Virus record (IMG/VR): IMGVR_UViG_3300032087_005129
Direction: 5' to 3' (one strand)
DNA from: a virus
DNA: 64,000 bases
Below, piece after piece: positions 55,709 through 63,623 of the stretch. The notes under the pieces were generated by a model, which saw only the letters and a program-made list of their open reading frames with translations, did not search any database and was not told the DNA's origin. A program made the position numbers and the translations under genes. Each line of letters starts with the position of its first letter. The stretch's first letter is position 1.

Positions 55709-55935
55709 AAATGAAATTAGCGATTGCACTAGCAATTCTTTATCTGTACACTCTGTATAGATTGAGAGTAGAAAAACGAAGAATGAAAGAACAAATGGAG
55801 TTCTATGATCAAGAGATGAGAAATCTTGATATGTCAATGGATGGTTTTGAAAGTTTGTGGGAAGGCGAAAGAATTACAGGCGCCGAACGACCACATCTTC
55901 GATTGGTAAAGGATGGTTCTCACTATGAACACTGA
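55705..55935 (+). CDS. Small N-anchored membrane protein
   Basis: Hydrophobic N-terminus; coupled start. Confidence 0.55.
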   Translation: MKMKLAIALAILYLYTLYRLRVEKRRMKEQMEFYDQEMRNLDMSMDGFESLWEGERITGAERPHLRLVKDGSHYEH

Positions 55936-56047
55936 ACAATTTGTAGCCATCGTTTGGTGTGTCGTGATGAGCACCGCAATCATCGGTTCTGGTCTTGTTC
56001 TGATCGAAGGCCTCTACTATCTTTTTAAACTTTTTACGAAAAAGTGA
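55925..56047 (+). CDS. 40-aa single-TM peptide
   Basis: MNTEQFVAIVWCVVMSTAIIGSGLVLIEGLYYLFKLFTKK. Confidence 0.5.
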   Translation: MNTEQFVAIVWCVVMSTAIIGSGLVLIEGLYYLFKLFTKK

Positions 56048-56055
56048 TATAAATA
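56048..56055 (+). promoter_or_regulatory. Late promoter TATAAATA
   Basis: Exact consensus; followed by hairpin CCATCTAA-CGT-TTAGATGG. Confidence 0.7.
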
Positions 56056-56107
56056 CTTATCCATCTAACGTTTAGATGGTCGCATTATTCATTATGAAAG
56101 GAAATCT

Positions 56108-56347
56108 ATGAACGCGAAAACTTTTACAAAGTGCCTTGCACTTGGAATCCTAGCCTTGGCGACTGGCTGTACTTCGAATCGCCATACATTCCAAAACGAA
56201 GACGGTTCGGTTTCTGCCCTTGAGCAATCGACTCGATTCAACTGGAGAAACCTTCAGTTTGAAACTGATCACTACTGGACTCCTGATGCTCACACAAATC
56301 AGGATCGTCGGCAACGCGGCCCTCGCCCTGAGCGACAGTCGAGGTAA
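56108..56347 (+). CDS. Small lipoprotein
   Basis: Basic N-terminus, hydrophobic core, lipobox LATG-C. Confidence 0.65.
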   Translation: MNAKTFTKCLALGILALATGCTSNRHTFQNEDGSVSALEQSTRFNWRNLQFETDHYWTPDAHTNQDRRQRGPRPERQSR

Positions 56348-56350
56348 CCG

Positions 56351-56533
56351 ATGAAGTCAAACACCATTTTGGTGATCTTGATGCTTGTGCTGGTGGCTTC
56401 TTTGCCACTAGCCGGCATCTGGTCATTTAACACGTTGTTCAATCTTGGCATTCAATACACATTTGCAACTTGGTCTGCAATGTTGTTCTTGATGCTTCTT
56501 TTTGTACCTAAAAAAACTGGAGATAGCAAATGA
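56351..56533 (+). CDS. Small two-TM membrane protein
   Basis: Two hydrophobic helices, charged tail; GAGG RBS. Confidence 0.6.
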   Translation: MKSNTILVILMLVLVASLPLAGIWSFNTLFNLGIQYTFATWSAMLFLMLLFVPKKTGDSK

Positions 56534-56793
56534 TCTGTGATGTTCTTACGATTGGGTTTTCTTTTGTTTTTGGTTTAGCAGTGATTGTAGAAGTGGTTCA
56601 TCAAATCGCTTCTCTTGCAAACACTCAAGACTTTGCGAAAGATGGCCCACTGGCTATTATGTTTGAAGCGTTCAAGGTTTTGGTTCAGAAGACTGTGATT
56701 GGTTGTACCGTCATAATCAAAGCCCATAACAAATTGACCACCAACGTTTCGTCTGCGGTCAAAAAACTTTTCAAACGAAAAACAGAAAATTGA
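56530..56793 (+). CDS. Membrane-anchored hypothetical protein
   Basis: N-terminal TM, basic C-terminus. Confidence 0.55.
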   Translation: MICDVLTIGFSFVFGLAVIVEVVHQIASLANTQDFAKDGPLAIMFEAFKVLVQKTVIGCTVIIKAHNKLTTNVSSAVKKLFKRKTEN

Positions 56794-57020
56794 CTTGCAA
56801 GGTCTTCATTTTACCTACATAATGTAGAAAGTGAAATGGAGACCTTTTTTAATTTGGTACCTACGACTGGCTAGAAACTGGTCAGATCCTTTCTGTCTCA
56901 CTAGAAAAGAAAAAAACCGCAAAAAGATTTCACTCGAACTTCGAGGAGAAAATCCTTTTGAAAGTCTTGACAGACTCAAACGTGAAGTGTATAGTTTCGA
57001 TAAGAAACAAGGAGTTGATA

Positions 57021-57608
57021 ATGACAACCAGTGAAAACAAAAAGTACATTGACTTTACCCCTGCTGCACGAAACGAATCGGCAGATGAATTGCATGACTC
57101 AGTAACGTATTTTCCTCTTCGGGGATTGTTCACTGGTCACTTTCATTTGTTCACTGGCAGCGAAGCAGACGAATCTGTTTACGAGCGACCAGCAGACTTT
57201 GTGAGACTTGTGGTTGAGTATGATCAATCTGGTCAACCAAGTGTTGTGACATTTGAAGTCTTGGACGATCAAGACACATGGCAAGACATTACGAACGATG
57301 CTGATGATACAGCCTTGTTGAATGCTTTTGAACCATGGATTGAAGAGTTCTATAGCACGTTCATGTTTGTTACAAGCCCTGATGATTGGGAAGTTCTTGA
57401 CGAAGAGATTGTTCCTGAGAATGTCGATGATGTTCCTGGCCAACAAATCTTCAACTTCAACAATGATGGTGATGTGTACTTGAACACCAATAAAGATCAA
57501 TGTTGCAAAAAGAAAGTTTGCGAAAAAGAACAGTGTTGCGATGTGGATCCAACACCTTGGCAAGAAATTGAAAATGACGAGTATCTTCGATACAATGGTC
57601 ACCTTTGA
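57021..57608 (+). CDS. Acidic hypothetical protein with Cys-Cys pairs
   Basis: AAGGAG RBS; promoter TTGACA-17-TATAGT at 56967-56995. Confidence 0.65.
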   Translation: MTTSENKKYIDFTPAARNESADELHDSVTYFPLRGLFTGHFHLFTGSEADESVYERPADFVRLVVEYDQSGQPSVVTFEVLDDQDTWQDITNDADDTALLNAFEPWIEEFYSTFMFVTSPDDWEVLDEEIVPENVDDVPGQQIFNFNNDGDVYLNTNKDQCCKKKVCEKEQCCDVDPTPWQEIENDEYLRYNGHL

Positions 57609-57615
57609 GGAGTAA

Positions 57616-57945
57616 ATGATGATTACTGAAAAAACTGAAATTTCTGATTCGATGAACAAAGTGATCGGTTTGATTCCAGAAGTTGAAAAACTTTTCGACA
57701 ATTACAATCCAGACGAGTTTGATGCTGAAGGTGTTCAAAGTGTTGGTGATCTGATTCTTGAAATGGTTGTTCGATTCGCCATCGCAAAGAATCAACCCGA
57801 AGGATACTTCACCGACAGTGAGTATCAAGAAATGGAATGGTCAATCAAGCCACGACTTCAAGCACTGAGTTCAAATATTAAGAAGTATGGCTATACTGCC
57901 ATCTGTCGTGAAGACGATGAGTGGCTTGATCAGACAATTGACTAA
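57616..57945 (+). CDS. Hypothetical protein
   Basis: GAGGAG RBS. Confidence 0.65.
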   Translation: MMITEKTEISDSMNKVIGLIPEVEKLFDNYNPDEFDAEGVQSVGDLILEMVVRFAIAKNQPEGYFTDSEYQEMEWSIKPRLQALSSNIKKYGYTAICREDDEWLDQTID

Positions 57946-58040
57946 GTAAGGTAAACTATGTAGGAGCAGAGGTGCTTGTCACCTCACGAGATGCCTTTCT
58001 CGATAAACAGGCTTTCCCAGTGACGGAGAGTGAAGTCACC

Positions 58041-58069
58041 AAACAGCGTCCTTGATGGACGCTGTTTTT
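58041..58069 (+). terminator. Rho-independent terminator
   Basis: AAACAGCGTCC-TTGAT-GGACGCTGTTT plus TT. Confidence 0.85.
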
Positions 58070-58070
58070 G

Positions 58071-58078
58071 TATAAATA
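58071..58078 (+). promoter_or_regulatory. Late promoter TATAAATA
   Basis: Exact consensus 5 nt before the ATG at 58084. Confidence 0.8.
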
Positions 58079-58083
58079 CTGGC

Positions 58084-59535
58084 ATGGCAGAATATCAAGG
58101 CAAAGAAGTAGAATTAGATAATCCTTTTCGCTTACCGAAAGGCTCAGACAAAAAGTTTGGCGTCTACGTTAAGAACAAAAAGGGTAATGTGGTCAAGGTT
58201 GAGTTTGGTGATCCAAACATGGAAATCAAACGTGATGACCCAGAAAGACTAAAGAACTTTCGTGCCAGACACAACTGCGATCAAAAGAAAGACAAGACAA
58301 AAGCAGGGTACTGGTCTTGCAAATTCTGGGAGAAGGGCAAGTCTGTGTCTGATCTCCTCAAAGACGAAAAAGAAGGATGTGGCTGCGGCTGCAATAGTTG
58401 TATGAAAGAACAAAAGATTCGAACACAGGTTGAGTTTGACACTCTCAAAGACGCTATAAAGAGCGTGAAGTTTCATCCAACAAGAGACAAGGGGCGTGAA
58501 GTCGCAATCTATCTAATTCCAGCATCAAAGAGAACGATGCGTACCTCAGCAGAAAGGCCGTCAGGAAAACAAGTGGGTTCTGTCGATTTCCTGAAAAAGG
58601 GAGTATACACCCCAGTCACCTTACCAAATGGGCCTTTCGAAAAGATTCTCAAGGCAAAAGGTGCAAAGCGTGTTGCCACAGTAAAGAACGTAGATGGCAA
58701 AACCAAAGTCTTCAAAGAACAAAAACTCAAAGCAACACCACAGAAAAAGTTTCGTGGTCGTTCGCCTGGTGTGAAGAAGACAACAGGTCACAGCCTACGT
58801 TTCAAAGTAACCTCTAAACTAGCACAGAAGATGCAAGAGATTCTGTCTGGCGAAGACAAGGCTGAACTCAAGAGATACAACCGTCTTGTCACAAGCACCG
58901 ACATTGACGGTGACGAAGTTGTTCTAACCTTTGGCTCTGCTGGGGCAAGAACAAAGGTGACACAGATGCTTAAAGAGTCGCAGGTAAACGAGACACGTTA
59001 TCCTAATGCAGCAGCCGCTCTAAGAGAACTTAAAGAATCTCATAGAGGTCTAGATGTTGAATACAGCAGAGGAACGCTTTTTGTTGAGTCTTCATCTTTA
59101 ACCATAGATACCATCACAACAAGAAACGTGGTTGCAAACACCGTTAAACGAATTTTTGAAAGAAATGGTGTTGATGGTATTAAAGTTGTGTTTGAAGACT
59201 TTAGACTAGAGGATCTGCAACTTGCACAATCAAGAGCAAGATTCTTTTCCGAAAAAAAAAATCCTAAAGACACAAAGTATTATACCAAATCGGGCAAGAT
59301 AAAGAAATCACCAGAAGACAAAGAAACTGGTTTGCCTAAAAAGTATGTTTCAAGAATGACAAAGGCTGATGCAAAACAAAAAGCAGCCGAAATCAAAGCA
59401 AGAAAGAAATTTGGCAAAGATGATCCTCGCAGATACGAACCAACCGATGTTGATAAGAAGTATGCAGGCACAGGTCAAAAATCAAAGCACACTAAGAAGT
59501 ATGAAAAAATGTTTGGAAAGAAGGGTAGCAAATGA
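58084..59535 (+). CDS. Modular basic protein (putative polyprotein; N-domain DUF6321-like)
   Basis: FGDPNM...NFRARHNC...AGYWSC domain; junctions CMKE, VFKE, LKE-SQVNE, FFSE. Confidence 0.7.
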   Translation: MAEYQGKEVELDNPFRLPKGSDKKFGVYVKNKKGNVVKVEFGDPNMEIKRDDPERLKNFRARHNCDQKKDKTKAGYWSCKFWEKGKSVSDLLKDEKEGCGCGCNSCMKEQKIRTQVEFDTLKDAIKSVKFHPTRDKGREVAIYLIPASKRTMRTSAERPSGKQVGSVDFLKKGVYTPVTLPNGPFEKILKAKGAKRVATVKNVDGKTKVFKEQKLKATPQKKFRGRSPGVKKTTGHSLRFKVTSKLAQKMQEILSGEDKAELKRYNRLVTSTDIDGDEVVLTFGSAGARTKVTQMLKESQVNETRYPNAAAALRELKESHRGLDVEYSRGTLFVESSSLTIDTITTRNVVANTVKRIFERNGVDGIKVVFEDFRLEDLQLAQSRARFFSEKKNPKDTKYYTKSGKIKKSPEDKETGLPKKYVSRMTKADAKQKAAEIKARKKFGKDDPRRYEPTDVDKKYAGTGQKSKHTKKYEKMFGKKGSK

Positions 59536-59810
59536 ACTTTTTCGAAGGTAAAATCAAAGGTCTAACAAACAAAGCAAAAGCAACTGGTGTTCCATACAAC
59601 ATTCTAAAGAAAGTTTATGATCGTGGTATGGCAGCATGGACTGGTGGTCACAGACCAGGCATCGGTCAACACCAATGGGCGTTTGCAAGAGTGAACTCTT
59701 TTCTAACTGGTGGTAAAACACAGAAGACAGCCGACAAAGACTTGTGGGCTAAGGTGCCTGAGGGTGCTAAAAGAGGTGCGAAAAAGGGTGCAAAAAAAGG
59801 TAAGAAGTAA
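59532..59810 (+). CDS. DUF5824-like small basic protein
   Basis: MNFFE leader; KKVYDRGMAAWTGGHRPG..QWAFARVNSF. Confidence 0.6.
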   Translation: MNFFEGKIKGLTNKAKATGVPYNILKKVYDRGMAAWTGGHRPGIGQHQWAFARVNSFLTGGKTQKTADKDLWAKVPEGAKRGAKKGAKKGKK

Positions 59811-60481
59811 TGTACTGGAAACAAAACAAAGATTATTTGAGTGAAAGTTATCTCGCCGAAAAAATTCCACCCCCGTTTAGAAGACCAGATTTTGATTCAA
59901 AACCTGGTCCAGCAAAAAAGCCTTGGTGGAAAAGATTGTTTGGTGATGGTAGACCGGTGAGAAGAACACCGCAGATCACAACGGCAAGCGATAATGATCG
60001 ACTTTTCGAATTATTTAGGCAACTCATGAGGGAAACAAATAGAACAGCAAGAAGAACCCGTTCCCTTGCGTATGAATGGTATCTTGTTTTGCGAGAATTA
60101 ACTAGCAGCAACAGTCAATCATGGCAAAGATTTCTTCGGGGGTTTGAACAGACAAACTGGCAATTTCAAAATCTTCCAGACGAAGTTCTTGGTTTTATAA
60201 ACAATGTGAATGATTATTTTGCAAATCTTCGTTCGGCACTTTCTCAATTTGCTAATGGTGAAATTTCATATGCCTCATTACATGAACAAATCGATGAAAT
60301 CATAGAACTTTTTGAAGAATTGAGAGGTGGTCGTTATTTCGATAGCAACCAAATGGCAAATGGTTATAATGTACCAATTTGGATGAGAGATGTAGATCCT
60401 GAAGTTTATGAGTACATTAGTCAGTTGTATGTGCTTCTAAGAGAACTTAAAAGAATTGACCAAAGAAACTTGTCAAGATGA
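59810..60481 (+). CDS. Helical paralog family member 5 (MYWK leader)
   Basis: MYWKQ..YLSE-SYLAE-KIPPP; WYL and FANGE shared with 37135-38223. Confidence 0.65.
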   Translation: MYWKQNKDYLSESYLAEKIPPPFRRPDFDSKPGPAKKPWWKRLFGDGRPVRRTPQITTASDNDRLFELFRQLMRETNRTARRTRSLAYEWYLVLRELTSSNSQSWQRFLRGFEQTNWQFQNLPDEVLGFINNVNDYFANLRSALSQFANGEISYASLHEQIDEIIELFEELRGGRYFDSNQMANGYNVPIWMRDVDPEVYEYISQLYVLLRELKRIDQRNLSR

Positions 60482-60768
60482 ATCTAAAAAGTTTTAAAGA
60501 CCACTTCAACGAAGCCTGCTGGGATGGCTACAAACAAGTTGGTATGAAAAAGAAAGGCAAACGCATGGTACCAAACTGTGTGCCAGAGTCTTCAAAAACC
60601 AACGAAAGAAAACTTACTAAAGTCGAACTCAAAGATCGTGAGAAGTATGTCAAGAAGTTGAAGCCAAAACTCAAAGACTTCAAAAAAAGATATGGCGACG
60701 AAGAGGGCAAAGGCGTGATGTATGCCGTAGCCACGAACTTGGCAAAGAAAAAATCTAAAAAAGACTAG
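60478..60768 (+). CDS. Two-module small basic protein with CTS-like leader
   Basis: MNLKSFKDHFNE-ACWDGY...PNCVPE-SSKTNE-RKLT... Confidence 0.7.
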   Translation: MNLKSFKDHFNEACWDGYKQVGMKKKGKRMVPNCVPESSKTNERKLTKVELKDREKYVKKLKPKLKDFKKRYGDEEGKGVMYAVATNLAKKKSKKD

Positions 60769-60800
60769 ACATTAATACAAAATGAAGGTATTATTTGATT

Positions 60801-60992
60801 ATGAACTTAAAGGAATTTCCCATTCGTGTGTGCGTCTTTGAAGATGTAGAACTTATTCACGAAACAATTGTACACGACGAAGATCAACTGTCTGAAACTC
60901 TTCGAGAAGTTTACGAAGAGTACGGCGATGGTAGTCCGTTTACAAAGTGGAAAAAATATGAACTAAAATTAATGGAAGCAGAACATGAATGA
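60801..60992 (+). CDS. Hypothetical acidic protein
   Basis: Follows TAGACA-17-TATTAT promoter (60766-60794). Confidence 0.5.
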   Translation: MNLKEFPIRVCVFEDVELIHETIVHDEDQLSETLREVYEEYGDGSPFTKWKKYELKLMEAEHE

Positions 60993-61281
60993 ATTTTATG
61001 ACTTTCGCTTTCAACAACTGAAAAGCGAAGAGTGGATTGCAAAGATTGATGGAAAGAAAATTGCAGAAACGAAACTTGCGATTGCAGACAACCCTGTTAC
61101 TAACCCGTGGTATGTTAATGAGTCTTTTCAAAAATCTATTACAAAAAGTCTCCAAGAAAGGTATGGAGACAATCTAAATACCCTTATAATAAAGGACCAA
61201 CTCGAACTCGTAGAAGGATACTTGTTTGAATCTTGGAAAAACTACCTGCATGTGCATTCATATTATGAAAGGAGCGAATGA
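60985..61281 (+). CDS. Hypothetical protein
   Basis: Overlapping operon ORF. Confidence 0.55.
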   Translation: MNEFYDFRFQQLKSEEWIAKIDGKKIAETKLAIADNPVTNPWYVNESFQKSITKSLQERYGDNLNTLIIKDQLELVEGYLFESWKNYLHVHSYYERSE

Positions 61282-61511
61282 TGGGTAATACAACTAGTGG
61301 CTTTGGTTTTGGTGGTGCTTCGGTGTCACAGAACTACAAAGAGCAAATTAACAAAACATATGAAGAACTGAGACTTCTAATTCGTGAAGCGTACGAAGAA
61401 GGTATTGCTGAAGGGCGATCTGATAACTTCAACGACAGCGACGGCGAAAGATTTGAAAAGACTTTCGTTTCTGAGAAACTAGAGAAAATTCGATACCCAG
61501 AACTTCCGTAA
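61278..61511 (+). CDS. Hypothetical protein
   Basis: AAGGAG RBS. Confidence 0.55.
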   Translation: MMGNTTSGFGFGGASVSQNYKEQINKTYEELRLLIREAYEEGIAEGRSDNFNDSDGERFEKTFVSEKLEKIRYPELP

Positions 61512-61714
61512 TGGACTGTCCTGTTAAGAATGAGCCTTGTGTTATTGATAAGCAAGGTTATTGTATCGGCTGCTTTCTTACTGAGGAAGAAGCCAAAACT
61601 TATCCTACATTAACGGATGAGCAAAAAGAGGATCTTCATTACGAACTAGATCTTCGTGCGAAAATTATTGAGATTGCGAGACAACGAAATGACGATGCCA
61701 AATCAAACGATTGA
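61511..61714 (+). CDS. DUF1289-like Cys-rich small protein
   Basis: CP....PC.....GYCIGCF.T.EE. Confidence 0.6.
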   Translation: MDCPVKNEPCVIDKQGYCIGCFLTEEEAKTYPTLTDEQKEDLHYELDLRAKIIEIARQRNDDAKSND

Positions 61715-61961
61715 ATACACCTCAACGGAAATGAAAATGAACGGTGAAGTGTTTGCAAGAAAAGAAAATGGTAAGTGGGTTTTAGATCCATTGATTACGT
61801 CTGCTCTCACAAAACCTCAAAGAAATGTTTTAGAAAAAAACTTTGAAAGCCTGGCATCAAACTCGTTTCGTGTTTGCCAGGCTCTTCTTGGTTGTGTTCT
61901 TGGGTATGGAGGAACTTTTCCTAAAGATCCTTCAGAAAAGAACTTTACAAGTGAAAAATAA
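61689..61961 (+). CDS. Hypothetical protein
   Basis: Fills the gap before gp45; start uncertain. Confidence 0.45.
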   Translation: MTMPNQTIEYTSTEMKMNGEVFARKENGKWVLDPLITSALTKPQRNVLEKNFESLASNSFRVCQALLGCVLGYGGTFPKDPSEKNFTSEK

Positions 61962-61997
61962 ACCTTATAATGATCGTTAACTAAGGAGAACTTTATA

Positions 61998-62672
61998 ATG
62001 CAAATTTCTAGTGAGACACTTGCGATTCTGAAAAACTTTGCAAGTATCAACTCAAACATCCTGATTAATTCAGGCAACACACTCAAAACAATCTCTCCTG
62101 TCAAGAACGTTCTGGCAGAAGCAGTTGTTGAAGAGAACTTTCCAACATCGTTTGGTATCTTTGATCTAAACAAATTTTTGTCTACGATCAATCTGTTCGC
62201 AAATCCAATTCTGAACTTTGATGATAACTTTGTCACAATCTCTGAATCTGGTCGAACAAACTCTGTGAAGTACTACTACTCAGAGCCTTCATTGCTTACT
62301 GTGCCTACCAAAGAACTAAATCTTCCTGACTTTGTTATCAACTTTGAGTTGAAGCAAACAGACTTTGGTAAACTTACGCAAGCAGCCTCAACATTGAGTC
62401 TTCCTGATCTCTCTGTTGAAACACAGGGTGACAAGATTGCTCTTCGTGCGTTTGACAAGAGCGACCCGACATCCAATGACTACAGCGTTGTAGTTGGTGA
62501 TAGCGGAGAGAGTGAGAGTTTCTGTATGATCTTCAAGGTCGAAAATCTTAAACTTCTTCCTGGTGATTACACTGTAAACATCTGCGAACGAAGCGTTGCG
62601 AAATTCAACCACAAAGATCACGATGTCAACTATTGTGTCGCATTGGAGCCTGATACTAAGTATGGAAACTAA
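61998..62672 (+). CDS. gp45: Sliding clamp
   Basis: ETLAILKNFASINSNI, FGIFDLNKFLS, KVENLKLLPGDY; promoter TTTACA-16-TATAAT at 61944-61971. Confidence 0.95.
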   Translation: MQISSETLAILKNFASINSNILINSGNTLKTISPVKNVLAEAVVEENFPTSFGIFDLNKFLSTINLFANPILNFDDNFVTISESGRTNSVKYYYSEPSLLTVPTKELNLPDFVINFELKQTDFGKLTQAASTLSLPDLSVETQGDKIALRAFDKSDPTSNDYSVVVGDSGESESFCMIFKVENLKLLPGDYTVNICERSVAKFNHKDHDVNYCVALEPDTKYGN

Positions 62673-63612
62673 TCACTTCAACGAAGTCTTGTTTGTTGAA
62701 AAGTATCGGCCTCAAACAATTGAAGAATGCATCCTTCCCGACTCGGTGAAGGATGTTTTTCTATCAATCGTAAACAGTGGCAAGATGCAGAATCTTCTCT
62801 TGGCTGGTGGTGCAGGTTGTGGTAAAACAACCGTTGCTCGTGCCTTGTGTAAACAAATGGGACAAGAATTTTTGTTTGTCAATGCCTCCGAAGAAAGTGG
62901 CATTGACACTCTTCGTACCAAGATCAAAAACTTTGCAAGCACAGTTTCTCTTGGTGGTGAAAGCAAGGTTGTGATTCTTGATGAGGCTGATTATTTGAAT
63001 CCTCAATCGACACAACCTGCGTTGCGTGGCTTCATTGAAGAGTTTAGTCGTAACTGTCGTTTCATTTTTACTTGTAACTTTAAGAATCGAATCATTTCAC
63101 CACTGCATTCTCGTTGTTCGGTGATTGATTTCAAGATGACTGCGAAGGATAAGAAAAGAGTAAGTGCTGATTTCTTTGTTCGACTAAAAGATATTCTTGC
63201 AAAAGAGTCTATCAAAGCAGATGATCGTGTTCTAGTAAAACTTGTTCAGCGTTATTCACCTGACTGGCGAAGAGTGTTGAATGAAGTGCAACGTTATGGT
63301 CAGTCTGGAACTATTGATGAAGGTATTCTTACTAATTTTTCTGATGTCGCTGTTCAAGATTTAATGGCATCAATGTGTAAGAAAGACTTCAAGACTGTTC
63401 GTAAATGGGTCGTAGACAACATCGACAACGACCCCTCAAGAATCTTCCGAAAGATCTATGATCAACTTAGCGATCACATTGAGCCTGGTTCTATTCCTAG
63501 TGCTATTCTTGTTCTTGCTGAGTATCAATACAAGTCTGCCTTTGTGGTAGATCAAGAGATTAATCTTGTTGCAGCCCTCACAGAAATTATGATGGGTTCA
63601 GAATTTAAATAG
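62662..63612 (+). CDS. gp44: Clamp loader large subunit
   Basis: FVEKYRP, GAGCGKTT, ILDEADYL, PLHSRC. Confidence 0.95.
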   Translation: METNHFNEVLFVEKYRPQTIEECILPDSVKDVFLSIVNSGKMQNLLLAGGAGCGKTTVARALCKQMGQEFLFVNASEESGIDTLRTKIKNFASTVSLGGESKVVILDEADYLNPQSTQPALRGFIEEFSRNCRFIFTCNFKNRIISPLHSRCSVIDFKMTAKDKKRVSADFFVRLKDILAKESIKADDRVLVKLVQRYSPDWRRVLNEVQRYGQSGTIDEGILTNFSDVAVQDLMASMCKKDFKTVRKWVVDNIDNDPSRIFRKIYDQLSDHIEPGSIPSAILVLAEYQYKSAFVVDQEINLVAALTEIMMGSEFK

Positions 63613-63623
63613 AAAGGTTAAAC

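Noticed and set aside
56831-57034. 67-aa ORF
   Set aside because: Weak start context and it overlaps the promoter and RBS of the 57021 gene; not supportable
57961-58040. Lysine or glycine riboswitch (AGAGGTGC, GGAGAG)
   Set aside because: Too short, other conserved elements are missing, and the downstream gene has its own late promoter
61278-61511. LIREAYEEGIAEG as a class C cargo leader
   Set aside because: It is internal rather than N-terminal, and the gene lies in a sigma70-driven block
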